A DNA stretch of 64,000 nt from an uncultured bacterium (GCA_963716205.1 OY970290.1:239417-303416), one strand, 5' to 3'; shown: positions 1 to 9,413, counted from the stretch's first letter. Notes: a model not told the origin generated them from the sequence alone. Numbers and translations: made by a program.

Positions 1-220
1 ATGCTGTTGGGTCAGCTTATTTTCTGAAATCCTAAGCTTAAGCATGTTTTTTTTCTGGTATGTTGCCCGCGATGAAAAAAAATCGCTAGAAGAAAGGGAA
101 AGGAGTAGAGATATTGATCTCAGGAGAATAATCAAGTTTTAAAAATCTTTCAAAACCCCATCACGCTTTTGCGCGGCGGGGTTTTCTTTTTCTATTTTTT
201 ATACATGATATAATTCTTTC

Positions 221-1189
221 ATGAAAAAGATCAAAGTCGCAGTGCTTCGCGGCGGACCGAGCAGTGAATATGACGTATCTCTCAAGACGGGCAAAAGCGT
301 GATTGATAACTTGCCAAGCGGATATATTCCGACGGATGTTTTTATTTCCAAACGCGGCGAATGGCTCGTGGATGGCGCAGCGGTAGATCCGCAGAAAATT
401 TTCCAAGGCAATGATCTTGTTTTTAACGCGCTTCACGGCGACTACGGCGAGGACGGAAAGCTCCAGCAATTTCTCGACCACTGCCAGGTCAAATATACCG
501 GCAGCGGCGCGCTTGCATCAGCACTTGCCATGAACAAAGTCATGGCGAAAGAAATTTTTATTTCCGCCGGGCTCAAAACACCGATTTTCAAAGTTATCAA
601 GAAAAGCGAAATCACTGATGATATTGCCCACACAATCTTTACCACATTTCCCATGCCGGCTATCGTGAAGCCGAATGGAAGCGGATCGTCGGTCGGCGTA
701 TCGCTTGTCAAAAAAATATCTGAAATCATCCCCGCTCTCGATAAAGCATTGAAACATTCCGATACGGTCATTATCGAAGAATTTATTTCCGGCAGGGAAG
801 CGACCTGTGGCGTTATTGAAAAATTCAAGGGAAAAGAATTGTACCCGCTTCTGCCGATTGAGATAAAAAAGCCGAAAGAAAATAATTTTTTTGACTATGA
901 TGCAAAGTATTCCGGCAAGTCGGAGGAAATCTGCCCGGGGAATTTTTCCAAAAAAGAAACAGAAATGATCGAAGACATGGCGATCAAAGCGCATCAAGCG
1001 CTCGGTCTCCGGCATTATTCCAGATCAGACTTTATCGTGCATTCAAAGCGCGGCATATATATTCTGGAGACGAATACTCTGCCGGGTCTGACAAAAGAAT
1101 CACTTCTGCCGAAATCGCTTACTGCGGTCGGCTCATCACTTTCGCAATTTTTGGACCATGTTCTCGCTCTTGCTTTGGAACAAAAATAA
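221..1189 (+). CDS. ddl: D-alanine--D-alanine ligase
   Basis: Motifs GGPSSEYDVS, ALHGDYGEDG, KPNGSGSSVG, ETNTLPG. Confidence 0.95.
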   Translation: MKKIKVAVLRGGPSSEYDVSLKTGKSVIDNLPSGYIPTDVFISKRGEWLVDGAAVDPQKIFQGNDLVFNALHGDYGEDGKLQQFLDHCQVKYTGSGALASALAMNKVMAKEIFISAGLKTPIFKVIKKSEITDDIAHTIFTTFPMPAIVKPNGSGSSVGVSLVKKISEIIPALDKALKHSDTVIIEEFISGREATCGVIEKFKGKELYPLLPIEIKKPKENNFFDYDAKYSGKSEEICPGNFSKKETEMIEDMAIKAHQALGLRHYSRSDFIVHSKRGIYILETNTLPGLTKESLLPKSLTAVGSSLSQFLDHVLALALEQK

Positions 1190-1229
1190 TTTGGAAAAAC
1201 CACGGGAATGTGTTAGTCTATTTTCTCAA

Positions 1230-1302
1230 GGGCCCGTAGTTCATCTGGTAGAACGCCTCATTTGCAATGAGGAGGTAAGCGGTTCGAGTCCGCTCGGGTC
1301 CA
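1230..1302 (+). tRNA. tRNA-Ala(TGC)
   Basis: Cloverleaf GGGCCCG/CGGGTCC acceptor with G3:U70; anticodon arm CCTCA-TT TGC AA-TGAGG; T arm AGCGG-TTCGAGT-CCGCT. Confidence 0.96.
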
Positions 1303-2563
1303 CCTTAGCAGACTTAAGAGGCAGAAATGCCTCTTTTGTCTTGTAAAGACTGGCTATTTCGGGAGTTCCAAATAAATTATTTTCAAACGTCAACCCTAGA
1401 GGGAATTGGAACCATTGTAATTTAACTTTTGGTCCTATTTTCGCTTTTCGCCATATTTTACTTGGGTTTTTTAGGTATTCTTCGGCAATAGCCAGTGCTT
1501 TCTCAAAATTCATTTCTGTGTTCGGAATGATCGCCAGTGATGCATTTGCCTCACCTAAATCTCTATCAATCATTGCCAATTGTTGCTTTAAAACCGTATC
1601 TGGAATGATACCGTCCAGATTTTTCTTGATAATTCCTGACTGTTTTTCCGTAAGCTCGACAATATATTTTTTTAATCGACTTGCGTCTTTTTGTTGACCC
1701 TCTGTTGCTTTGACCAAGTTATTCTCAATGCATTTTTTTAGCTTTTCAAACTTATTATCATCGAACCGATATTTTTCTAAAAATTTCATAAAATTTTTTT
1801 CAAACTCGTCACGATTGTGATTGGAATCACTCCCACCAAAGCGATAGAAGGGATATTTTTTCAAACGGCCACCTCTGGACCAACTTCCAGTAAGTTTTTT
1901 GCCATTCTCATTTACAACAAATCTGCGGAGAGGGAAGTCTGGGTGATCAGTAATATGTGGTGAATTTTTTCTACCTTTATTTTTAAGTACTGACTGAACC
2001 TGATTAAAGAGCTCTTCAGAAATAATTGGCTCAAACACACCCTTGTGTCTTTCTCCAAATTTAATGATCCATCCAGCATAAAGTTCATTGGTAAGCATCG
2101 TATAGAAATACGATTTGCAAATAGGATTTTGTTTTTTGTTCAAGAGGCCATTTTTTGTTGTCACCATCCTTCTGACAACTTCCGTTGGATAGACACCAGA
2201 AGCAATAAGTTCAAAAGTTCGCTTTACAATTGGACACATCATTTCGTTTGGAGCTATCGTTGCCTTACCGGCCATTTTTACATTATCATATCCGATTGGT
2301 GCCATCCATACATAACGACCATCTCGCATGGCTTCTTTCATGCCACCTGCACAACGTTCAGATCTAATATCGTTATCGAATTGGGCGATATTCGCCATTG
2401 TATTCTCCATAAAGCGACCTACGGGTGTATTCTCAAAATGTTCCGAGGTTGATTTGATCTCAACCCCATAACGTTTCAAAAGAAGGCGAAGTTGACTGTA
2501 GTCGTCCGTGTTTCTGGAAAGACGGTCCAATTTATAAATAATCACTGCCGGAATACAATTCAA
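1241..2563 (-). pseudogene. Large serine recombinase (LSR1), N-terminally truncated; C-terminus encoded by the antisense strand of tRNA-Ala(TGC)
   Basis: IYKLDRLSRN resolvase motif and recombinase domain (APIGY, YAGW, EPIISEELF) present; YxRxS catalytic motif absent; ends VDPSGLEPLTSSLQMRRSTR inside the tRNA. Confidence 0.85.
1316..1337 (+). terminator. Hairpin AAGAGGCA-GAAA-TGCCTCTT followed by a T tract, inside the LSR1 coding sequence just after the tRNA
   Basis: Perfect 8-bp stem with GAAA tetraloop; same hairpin at 22626 and 24016. Confidence 0.6.
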
Positions 2564-2577
2564 ATCGAGGCGAATGT

Positions 2578-2679
2578 TCAGGCAGCCAGTTCCAATTCGT
2601 CCTCTTGTTTCTCGAAATGATTTCTGAAGTTTTTAATATACAAAAAAATATGGTTCCAATCCTGGAGGATGAGGTCCAC
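2578..2679 (-). other. attP-type arm encoding alternative recombinase C-terminus VDLILQDWNHIFLYIKNFRNHFEKQEDELELAA*
   Basis: Manual translation in the frame fixed by the core (GTG GAC = VD); open to TGA at 2578-2580. Confidence 0.85.
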
Positions 2680-2759
2680 AAACACTATTTTAATACCAGT
2701 ATTAAAATAAAGGCTTTAATCATAGATTTTTCAGAATAGAAAAAATTGAAATAGGAAAC

Positions 2760-2779
2760 GACCCAAGCCGACTCGAACC
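2760..2779. repeat. Inverted copy of the tRNA-Ala(TGC) T-arm/acceptor motif GACCC-N5-GACTCGAACC (copy 1 of 3)
   Basis: Also at 22731-22750 and 24128-24147; matches the reverse complement of 1281-1300 with identical spacing. Confidence 0.8.
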
Positions 2780-2929
2780 ACCAACGATGAAAGTTAGCCG
2801 TATTTTATGTTTTCACTCCTACCATTCAGATCTTCATCAATTTGCGAAAAAAATTAAAAATGTTACCGTTATTAACGGACATAGTTCGTTAATAAAGAAC
2901 ACCGTCCAAATAATTAAAGGAGGTCAACC

Positions 2930-3529
2930 ATGAGCAATCTCATGCTCGATGTTGATCAAGCAGGTGAGTTGAAGGCTGCATTTCGGCGTGAAGGACCGTG
3001 GACGAATGGAGAGATCAAAATGCTCACGGAGCAAAAAGGTTTACTCAGAAAGTTTCGCGAAGTATTACTTGGCCACGCCAAGATTAATTTTCTCGACACG
3101 CTGATTGATTGTGATGCAGATCCTTATCGGCTTTTCGAAAAATGGAAAGTACGAACTCACAAAAAGGGCGGAAGTTGGTCTTTCAATCCCGAGGAGGTAG
3201 AACTTTTTCCAGTAATTAATTTTGGAAATGTTCGTATCAGGGATCTTGCCGATGAATTTGTCAAACTACCGATCCTGAATGCGAATGTTCTTGATCACCT
3301 CATCAAGAGGCCTTATCTGATGCCAGATGAGTGGGAAGGAAAAAGAATCCTGTTTGCCGGAACGATTTATGAGTCTGAGAGATCTTCCAGTCAAGGTTTG
3401 GAGCCAATCATTCGCTTTTTGGAGGTTAAAGGGACTCCGCATTATTTTGGTGGTGATACATTTCGTTCTTTTTACGGCACTCCACTTGAAGTGTATTCAG
3501 AAAATTGTGTTTTGCCGATTAGAAAGTAG
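2930..3529 (+). CDS. Hypothetical protein, cargo of unit 2
   Basis: 199-aa ORF with strong SD (AAAGGAGG) and a downstream terminator. Confidence 0.85.
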   Translation: MSNLMLDVDQAGELKAAFRREGPWTNGEIKMLTEQKGLLRKFREVLLGHAKINFLDTLIDCDADPYRLFEKWKVRTHKKGGSWSFNPEEVELFPVINFGNVRIRDLADEFVKLPILNANVLDHLIKRPYLMPDEWEGKRILFAGTIYESERSSSQGLEPIIRFLEVKGTPHYFGGDTFRSFYGTPLEVYSENCVLPIRK

Positions 3530-3540
3530 TTTTAGTTTTT

Positions 3541-3568
3541 AAAGGCGCGCTTACCCCGCGCCTTTTTT
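3541..3568 (+). terminator. Rho-independent terminator after cargo gene
   Basis: AAAGGCGCG...CGCGCCTTTTTT. Confidence 0.7.
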
Positions 3569-3652
3569 ATCCACACAACTTGTCGTTCTCGATAATTTTC
3601 TACCCCTTGGCAAAATATTTTTCAGGAGTAGGATTTATACTGAGACGAATAT

Positions 3653-3754
3653 TTAGGCAACGAGTTCCAATTCGTCCTCATGTTTCTCAAAATGATTTCT
3701 AAAGTTTTTGATATACAAAAAAATCTGATTCCAATTCTGTAGGATGAGGTCCAC
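3653..3754 (-). other. attP-type arm encoding alternative tail VDLILQNWNQIFLYIKNFRNHFEKHEDELELVA*
   Basis: 11 differences from the tail at 2578-2679, 7 of them silent (including the TGA/TAA stop). Confidence 0.85.
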
Positions 3755-3772
3755 TCTGGTAGATATTTTGAC

Positions 3773-3813
3773 ACAAAAAAACACTCGCGATCATATCGCG
3801 AGTGTTTTTTTGT
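3773..3813. terminator. Bidirectional terminator
   Basis: ACAAAAAAACACTCGCGAT-CAT-ATCGCGAGTGTTTTTTTGT perfect inverted repeat. Confidence 0.8.
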
Positions 3814-3818
3814 AAGAT

Positions 3819-3986
3819 TTATTTCTTTTCTTCAGCCTTGCCTTTTGCTGACCAGCCCATGAGGATGCTGACGAGACCGAGAATGACAAGAGCCCACATT
3901 AAAAATGTAGAAAAGCTCGATACGAGACCGATCAAACCGAGTACCAGTAAAATGACTCCGACGACTAACAATGTATTTTTTTGCAT
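3819..3986 (-). CDS. Small two-helix membrane protein (55 aa; below the ORF-track cutoff)
   Basis: MQKNTLLVVGVILLVLGLIGLVSSFSTFLMWALVILGLVSILMGWSAKGKAEEKK*, ending at the terminator. Confidence 0.7.
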   Translation of the reverse strand: MQKNTLLVVGVILLVLGLIGLVSSFSTFLMWALVILGLVSILMGWSAKGKAEEKK

Positions 3987-4035
3987 ATGTTTATTTTCTT
4001 AAGTTATAAATTAAATTATCTAATAAAACTTATTT

Positions 4036-4281
4036 TTATCCATTCAAATCTTTTTTTATCGTTTCAAAAACATCGCCGCTTATTTTATTCAATTTCTCAC
4101 CGACCTTTTTTGCCTGTCGCAGATATTTTTCACGCTGGGGCGTTTCTTTTTTCCATTCTTTCGCAAGCACCTTTACGGCTTTATCTGCTTTTTTATTTGC
4201 CTTCTTAATAAATGATCCCGTTTTCGCGATCGCACTTCTCACAGATGATTTTATTTTTTTAACAGTTTTTTGTTTTTTCAT
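4036..4281 (-). CDS. Small basic hypothetical protein
   Basis: 81-aa Lys-rich ORF, co-oriented with neighbours. Confidence 0.6.
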   Translation of the reverse strand: MKKQKTVKKIKSSVRSAIAKTGSFIKKANKKADKAVKVLAKEWKKETPQREKYLRQAKKVGEKLNKISGDVFETIKKDLNG

Positions 4282-4300
4282 AGATTGTAATTATATCATA

Positions 4301-4666
4301 CTATTTATTAATATCACTAATCATAACTTTTCGAAAATGCTTCACGCTAAAATACAAAGCAATAACAAAGGTAAATACGAGGCCTTGATCGGTCAGAAAG
4401 ATTCCTATAAGAGATGGAATTTGTGCATAAGTAATCGCGTGATTTTCAAAATATACAATAGCAAAGAGTGAGATGATAATATCAATACCTACCATCCAAC
4501 GCCTTTTCGAAGTCGTAAGTCCAGCCATGACTGATAAAAGGGCAATGGCACCTATCATAAAAATTGGATATTGGGGAAGAAATGTTCTGAAGCTCGGATA
4601 GGTGACAAGCATAATTATTGCTGCAAAAAGAAAAAGTTTGCTGACTATATTGTTTTCTAGATTCAT
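4301..4666 (-). CDS. Hypothetical 4-TM membrane protein
   Basis: 121 aa with four hydrophobic segments. Confidence 0.7.
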   Translation of the reverse strand: MNLENNIVSKLFLFAAIIMLVTYPSFRTFLPQYPIFMIGAIALLSVMAGLTTSKRRWMVGIDIIISLFAIVYFENHAITYAQIPSLIGIFLTDQGLVFTFVIALYFSVKHFRKVMISDINK

Positions 4667-5001
4667 AGGTTCACACTAGCACAGAGTCAGGTTTAATCCT
4701 AATACTATTGACTCATGCTGAAATATGATTTTTAACATTATTATTTCGTATATTCTGCAACATATTTTTTAATACGAACAATCTTAACAAGATATATTCT
4801 TTTCTGGTGTGTTACAATCATGGTTAAGATATGCGAAGGGAATTAATTCATTACATTGATTCTCGCAAATCTTTTTACTTTCCAACCTTATTTATTTTTA
4901 TTGTTGCATGCGCAGGTCGGACAACGTGTATGATAAAAAGAAAATTAAATTATTAATCAGTTAGTTCTAGTTAGTTAATTAAGTTATAATAATTATTATA
5001 T

Positions 5002-6660
5002 ATGAAAATATTCGATAAGCTTACAATAGCGGCATTTTTTTTGTTTGTTTTTAGTTTTTTTGTGCCGGCACTTACGTTTGCGGCAGGTCCTGCAATAGTC
5101 AATCTCGGATCCGCCAGTAATTATGTTATTCTTTCAAAAACAGCAATCACGACGACCGGAGTAACTTCAATTATTGGGAACATCGGCATTAGTCCTGCTT
5201 CTGCAAGCGCCTTGACCGGTTTTGGACAAACACTTGATAGTTCCGGTCAGTTTTCAACATCAGCACTTGTCAGTGGAAAAATATACGCATCAGATTATGC
5301 AGTTCCAACTCCGGCGACGATGAGTACGGCGATCAGCGATATGCAATCGGCATATGTCGATGCTGCAGGCAGAACTCCTGGTGTCGGCGCAAATTTGAAT
5401 GTTGGCGGCGGAACATTGAATGGACAAACATTTGTTCCCGGAACATACACATGGGGAAGCAATGTCGATATCACGGGAAATATTACACTTTCTGGTACTG
5501 CAAGCGATGTTTGGATTTTTCAAATCTCAGGAACATTGAGTCTTGAAGCAGGAAAAAATATTATCCTTGCCGGCGGTGCATTGCCACAAAATATTTTCTG
5601 GCAAGTTGCAGGAACGACAACGGTGTACCCGGGAGCTATTTTTAGCGGAGTTATTCTCGCAGGTCCCGGCGCGTCAACAATTGCATTTCAAAACGGCGCA
5701 GTTTTGAATGGACAAGCGCTTGGACAAACAGATGTCACTTTGATTGGAACTACCGTTTCATCAGTTCTCTTGATACCGCCAGTGGCGGCAGCAGCAAGTC
5801 AGAATGGGGGTGATTACACTGCCATAATACCAATAATTGGTATTACAAAAATTCCCACACCGCTTGCTTTATCCGGACCCGGTTCAGTTACATATAACTA
5901 TACAATTTGGAATGCTGGAAATAAGGTAGTTTTTGAACCCACATTGCCGTTAACAAATATTACTCTTACTGATGACAAATGTAGTCCAGTAACATATGTT
6001 TCCGGTGATACAAACAATAATAAAGAGCTTGACCCTGGCGAAACATGGAATTACACTTGTACAACAACACTTTCAACGACGACGACGAATACCGCCACGG
6101 TAACGGGTTACAGTGAGGATACCTATCATCCTGCAGTAGCTGCAATTGCGACTGCAATCAGCACCGTTGTCGTTGGCATACCGGCGGCAGCTCCCGTTGC
6201 CAGCGTAGCAGCACCGCTTATCAACGTTATCGAAGTACCAAATCGTTTGACCCCGTTTCCATTTGGAGGAGGAAGTGTTACTTACACGTATACCGTGACG
6301 AATCCTGGCGTAGTTGCAATACACGATGTGGCTCTTACTGACAATAAATGTGCTCCAGTTTCTCGAGTTTCTGGAGATACCAATAGCAATAATCTTCTTG
6401 ATCCGAATGAAACATGGATCTATACGTGTACAACGAACGTTCCCGTTTCAACGGCGTCTGTTGCCACAGTGAAAGGTGATGCGAACGGTTTTCCGGCTCT
6501 CGGCTACGCATATGCGAATGTTCTTGTAGCTACTCCAGGTCTTCCAAACACGGGATTTCCTGCAAATAGCAACATTTCATGGACAGTCATTATATTGGCA
6601 GCTCTTCTCGTCATCGTTTCAGTTTCACTTATTGTGACACTCAAGAAAAGAAAGATTTAG
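5002..6660 (+). CDS. Ice-binding (DUF3494-like) surface protein with two Ig-like repeats and an LPNTG sortase anchor
   Basis: Signal peptide; VNLGSASNYVILSKTAIT, DVWIFQISG, NIFWQVAG motifs; two GDTNxNxxLDPxETWxYTC repeats; LPNTG + TM + KKRK. Confidence 0.88.
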   Translation: MKIFDKLTIAAFFLFVFSFFVPALTFAAGPAIVNLGSASNYVILSKTAITTTGVTSIIGNIGISPASASALTGFGQTLDSSGQFSTSALVSGKIYASDYAVPTPATMSTAISDMQSAYVDAAGRTPGVGANLNVGGGTLNGQTFVPGTYTWGSNVDITGNITLSGTASDVWIFQISGTLSLEAGKNIILAGGALPQNIFWQVAGTTTVYPGAIFSGVILAGPGASTIAFQNGAVLNGQALGQTDVTLIGTTVSSVLLIPPVAAAASQNGGDYTAIIPIIGITKIPTPLALSGPGSVTYNYTIWNAGNKVVFEPTLPLTNITLTDDKCSPVTYVSGDTNNNKELDPGETWNYTCTTTLSTTTTNTATVTGYSEDTYHPAVAAIATAISTVVVGIPAAAPVASVAAPLINVIEVPNRLTPFPFGGGSVTYTYTVTNPGVVAIHDVALTDNKCAPVSRVSGDTNSNNLLDPNETWIYTCTTNVPVSTASVATVKGDANGFPALGYAYANVLVATPGLPNTGFPANSNISWTVIILAALLVIVSVSLIVTLKKRKI

Positions 6661-6686
6661 TTTTGTTTGCGCATTCTGAAAAATTT

Positions 6687-7286
6687 ATGCGCTCAAAAAT
6701 ATCATTTGCATGGTCGGTGGTGATCATCAGTATCACAGGGGTTATATGTTCCTGGATTATTATTTCTTTTCCAGCACCAAGCAGCAATGATCAGATTGTC
6801 GCACCGATTGCAAATATTATCGTTCCCAAACAAGTCATTGCAGAACTTCCAGCTCGCCTGATTATTCCTGCCATCCATATTAATGCTTTTATTGAATATG
6901 TTGGGCTTACATCGAGCGGCGCAATGGCTGTGCCGCAAGGTCCGAATGATGTCGCATGGTTTGATCTCGGTCCGCGTCCCGGATCAAGCGGAAGCGCGGT
7001 GATCGCGGGGCATGAAGGATGGAAAGACAACATACCGGCAGTATTTGACAGTCTGCATCAACTCAAAGCTGGAGACTTAATCTATATTGAAGATCAAAAG
7101 GGCGCGACCAGCACGTTTGTGGTGCAGAAAACTGAAATTTATGACCAGAACGGAAATTCTTCCACTGTGTTTAATTCAACTGACGGGCTCGCGCATTTGA
7201 ATCTCATTACCTGCGAAGGTGTGTGGAATGCGACGGAACAAAGCTATTCCAATCGAATTGTTGTATTTACTGATAAAGAAAATTAA
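6687..7286 (+). CDS. Class F sortase
   Basis: PARLIIPAI, GSAVIAGH, LNLITC, RIVV catalytic motifs. Confidence 0.9.
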   Translation: MRSKISFAWSVVIISITGVICSWIIISFPAPSSNDQIVAPIANIIVPKQVIAELPARLIIPAIHINAFIEYVGLTSSGAMAVPQGPNDVAWFDLGPRPGSSGSAVIAGHEGWKDNIPAVFDSLHQLKAGDLIYIEDQKGATSTFVVQKTEIYDQNGNSSTVFNSTDGLAHLNLITCEGVWNATEQSYSNRIVVFTDKEN

Positions 7287-7328
7287 TAAAAAATAATAAA
7301 CAAAAATCGTTACCAAAGATTTTTATAG

Positions 7329-7402
7329 TGGGCGATACAAGATTCGGACTTGTGACCTCACGAATGTGAATCGTGCGCTCTAACCAACTGAGCTAATCGC
7401 CC
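7329..7402 (-). tRNA. tRNA-Val(CAC)
   Basis: Reverse complement GGGCGATTAGCTCAGTTGGTTAGAGCG-CACGA-TT CAC AT-TCGTG...ATCGCCCA. Confidence 0.93.
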
Positions 7403-7504
7403 ATATTATTTTGTGTTTGATTTATAGCATAAAAAAGATTTTTATTCTATTTTTAACTTTGATTTTCTTCATTTTTTATATTACACTCCTTTCACTCAAT
7501 AAAA

Positions 7505-7580
7505 GGGCCGCTAGCTCACTTGGTAGAGCGCTTCCATGGCATGGAAGAGGTAACCGGTTCGATCCCGGTGCGGTCCACCA
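7505..7580 (+). tRNA. tRNA-Ala(GGC)
   Basis: GGGCCGC/GCGGTCC acceptor with G3:U70; CTTCC-AT GGC AT-GGAAG; ends ACCA. Confidence 0.96.
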
Positions 7581-9066
7581 AAGCCGACGGATTGATCAAA
7601 TATTCCCGATAAACCTCATAAACTGGGCTTAGTTTTGCGGTTCCAAATTTCTCCCCAGAAAATATTATATTTCCATTAAATATCAAGTTTTGGAACCGTA
7701 GTCGCTTTTCAGGTCTTTCATTCAGTCTAAGCCAGGTTTCCGCTGTATTTCTAATGTAGTTAAAGCAGTACTCTAAAGCCTCATCCATATTTAAGCTCTC
7801 GATTTGCTTGTCGAATATTAAAGCTTCTTTCTGAACGATTTTCCGATTAGCAGAATCCTTTTGAGCCAGGAATTCTTCTTTCGTGTAGGTGCCAGATTCA
7901 AAGAGTTCATAAATGTTTTGTCTTCTAATCTCTAGTTCTCCGATTTCTTTTCGTATTTTCCCTTTTAGTTCATCGAATTGCTTGTAATTGTTTTTCCAGA
8001 TATCAACCACGATTGTTTTAAAAGCCTTTTCAAACTGAAACGTTGGATTGATCTCATGTAGATATTCGATGAATAATTGCTCAAACGATTCTTTAGGAAT
8101 GGATTTAGCATAATCGCACTTCTGTTTATGATGGTGATAGTAAGGATATCTGATACCTTTTCGCCCCGTAGAATAGCTGCCGGTAAATGATTGTTCACAG
8201 AATTTGCAGACCGCCAGCTTTCGAAGCGGGAAAGCCGGATTTTTTGCTAAATGTGGCGTGCTTTTGTGTTGTCTTCTTCCCGTTCCCTGGCAGGTGTTGA
8301 AAAGCTTCTCATCAATAATTGGTTCAAACTTTCCCTTTATATCAATGTCCCACACCCGGATAATTCCGCAATAAATTGGATTCTTGATAATCATCTCCAT
8401 GAGTTGTCGTGTAGGAGCGTAGCCATTTCGGGTAGAAAATCCTCGATCCTTCAAGTATTTGGCAAGTGACTTTAAAGTGTGATGGCCCTTAGCAAATTCC
8501 TCAAAAATAAGACGAATATACGGGACATATTTTGGGTCAGGGGTTAGGTTGGCACCCTGGGCCAGGCGATAGTAGCCGAGGGGGGCCGGCCATACCCAAA
8601 TGCCTTTCTTTAAACGCTCCCGCATTCCATTTACACATCTTTCAGTTCGGACGTTGTTATCAAATTCAGCGAATCCCGATAACATAACCTCCATCAGCTT
8701 TCCTGATGGCGTATCGTCTATTTTTTCGGAGACTGAACGAATTTCCGTTCCGTATCCCTGAAGTTTTTGTTTGGTAATCGCGTAATCAGTCTGATTGCGG
8801 GAAAACCGGTCAATCTTGTACACAATAAAGTATTTTATCGTGTTTTTCTTGTTCGAGCAAAAGGCTACTGCCTTTGTGAACTCGGTGCGATCCACAGTTT
8901 TGGCAGACTCTCCACGCTCAATAAATACCTCCGATACGGTTACTCCCTCCCGTACCGCATACTCTTTACACATCCGTTGCTGTGATTCAAGACTCGTACC
9001 ATCTACCTGTTCGAGTGAAGACACCCGACAATAGATTATTCCGTTTTTTGTTTCTCCATTTTGCAC
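7516..9066 (-). CDS. Large serine recombinase (LSR2), intact; C-terminus encoded by the antisense strand of tRNA-Ala(GGC)
   Basis: YCRVSS catalytic motif, YKIDRFSRN, recombinase domain, Zn ribbon (CKFC), coiled coil; ends VDRTGIEPVTSSMPWKRSTK. Confidence 0.93.
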   Translation of the reverse strand: MQNGETKNGIIYCRVSSLEQVDGTSLESQQRMCKEYAVREGVTVSEVFIERGESAKTVDRTEFTKAVAFCSNKKNTIKYFIVYKIDRFSRNQTDYAITKQKLQGYGTEIRSVSEKIDDTPSGKLMEVMLSGFAEFDNNVRTERCVNGMRERLKKGIWVWPAPLGYYRLAQGANLTPDPKYVPYIRLIFEEFAKGHHTLKSLAKYLKDRGFSTRNGYAPTRQLMEMIIKNPIYCGIIRVWDIDIKGKFEPIIDEKLFNTCQGTGRRQHKSTPHLAKNPAFPLRKLAVCKFCEQSFTGSYSTGRKGIRYPYYHHHKQKCDYAKSIPKESFEQLFIEYLHEINPTFQFEKAFKTIVVDIWKNNYKQFDELKGKIRKEIGELEIRRQNIYELFESGTYTKEEFLAQKDSANRKIVQKEALIFDKQIESLNMDEALEYCFNYIRNTAETWLRLNERPEKRLRFQNLIFNGNIIFSGEKFGTAKLSPVYEVYREYLINPSALVDRTGIEPVTSSMPWKRSTK

Positions 9067-9263
9067 GGCGGTAATTTTTTCATATCACCATCTACTTGTC
9101 GAGGTACCAAAGGCGACATTTTGGAACCATTTTTCTCTTCTATAAAACAATCAAGCGCCAACTGAGCGTGGGTATAAATGAGATTCCTAATAACCTCCAC
9201 ATCCTCGTCGGGAGCATTTTTTAAAGTCGGCTCAATTTCTCTCATTTGTTCAATGCTAATCAT
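9036..9263 (-). CDS. Small protein overlapping the LSR2 start (candidate directionality or regulatory factor)
   Basis: 75-aa ORF immediately upstream of and overlapping LSR2. Confidence 0.65.
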   Translation of the reverse strand: MISIEQMREIEPTLKNAPDEDVEVIRNLIYTHAQLALDCFIEEKNGSKMSPLVPRQVDGDMKKLPPCKMEKQKTE

Positions 9264-9291
9264 GTTTTCATTTTGATCTTCCTGGAATATA

Positions 9292-9357
9292 GCGAAAGAC
9301 GGGGAATCTTTCCGTAATCAGCAGGTTGCCGATTTCGGCAACTTTCACCGTCTTCGC
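9292..9357. promoter_or_regulatory. Nested inverted repeats between divergent LSR2 operon and XRE gene (candidate operator)
   Basis: Palindrome GTTGCCGA-TT-TCGGCAAC at 9325-9342 inside outer imperfect IR GCGAAAGACGG...CCGTCTTCGC. Confidence 0.45.
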
Positions 9358-9413
9358 GGAATGATTGTCTTCTTTCACAATAGGTGGAGGTCGATTTTTA
9401 TTAAAATCAAAAC

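Larger units (their letters stand above)
1297..3754. mobile_element. Tandem integrated array 1 at tRNA-Ala(TGC): unit 1 (1376 bp, LSR1) and unit 2 (1075 bp, one cargo gene)
   Basis: GGTCCAC core at 1297, 2673 and 3748; homologous ~110-bp arms precede the second and third cores. Confidence 0.85.

Noticed and set aside
1158-1346. Plus-strand ORFs over tRNAs (also 7411-7632)
   Set aside because: Spurious translations of tRNA genes, unlike the minus-strand recombinase read-throughs that continue long conserved ORFs.
2760-2779. Minus-strand GGTTCGAGTC motifs (also 22731, 24128) as tRNA genes
   Set aside because: No D arm, anticodon arm or pairing acceptor stem can be folded around them.
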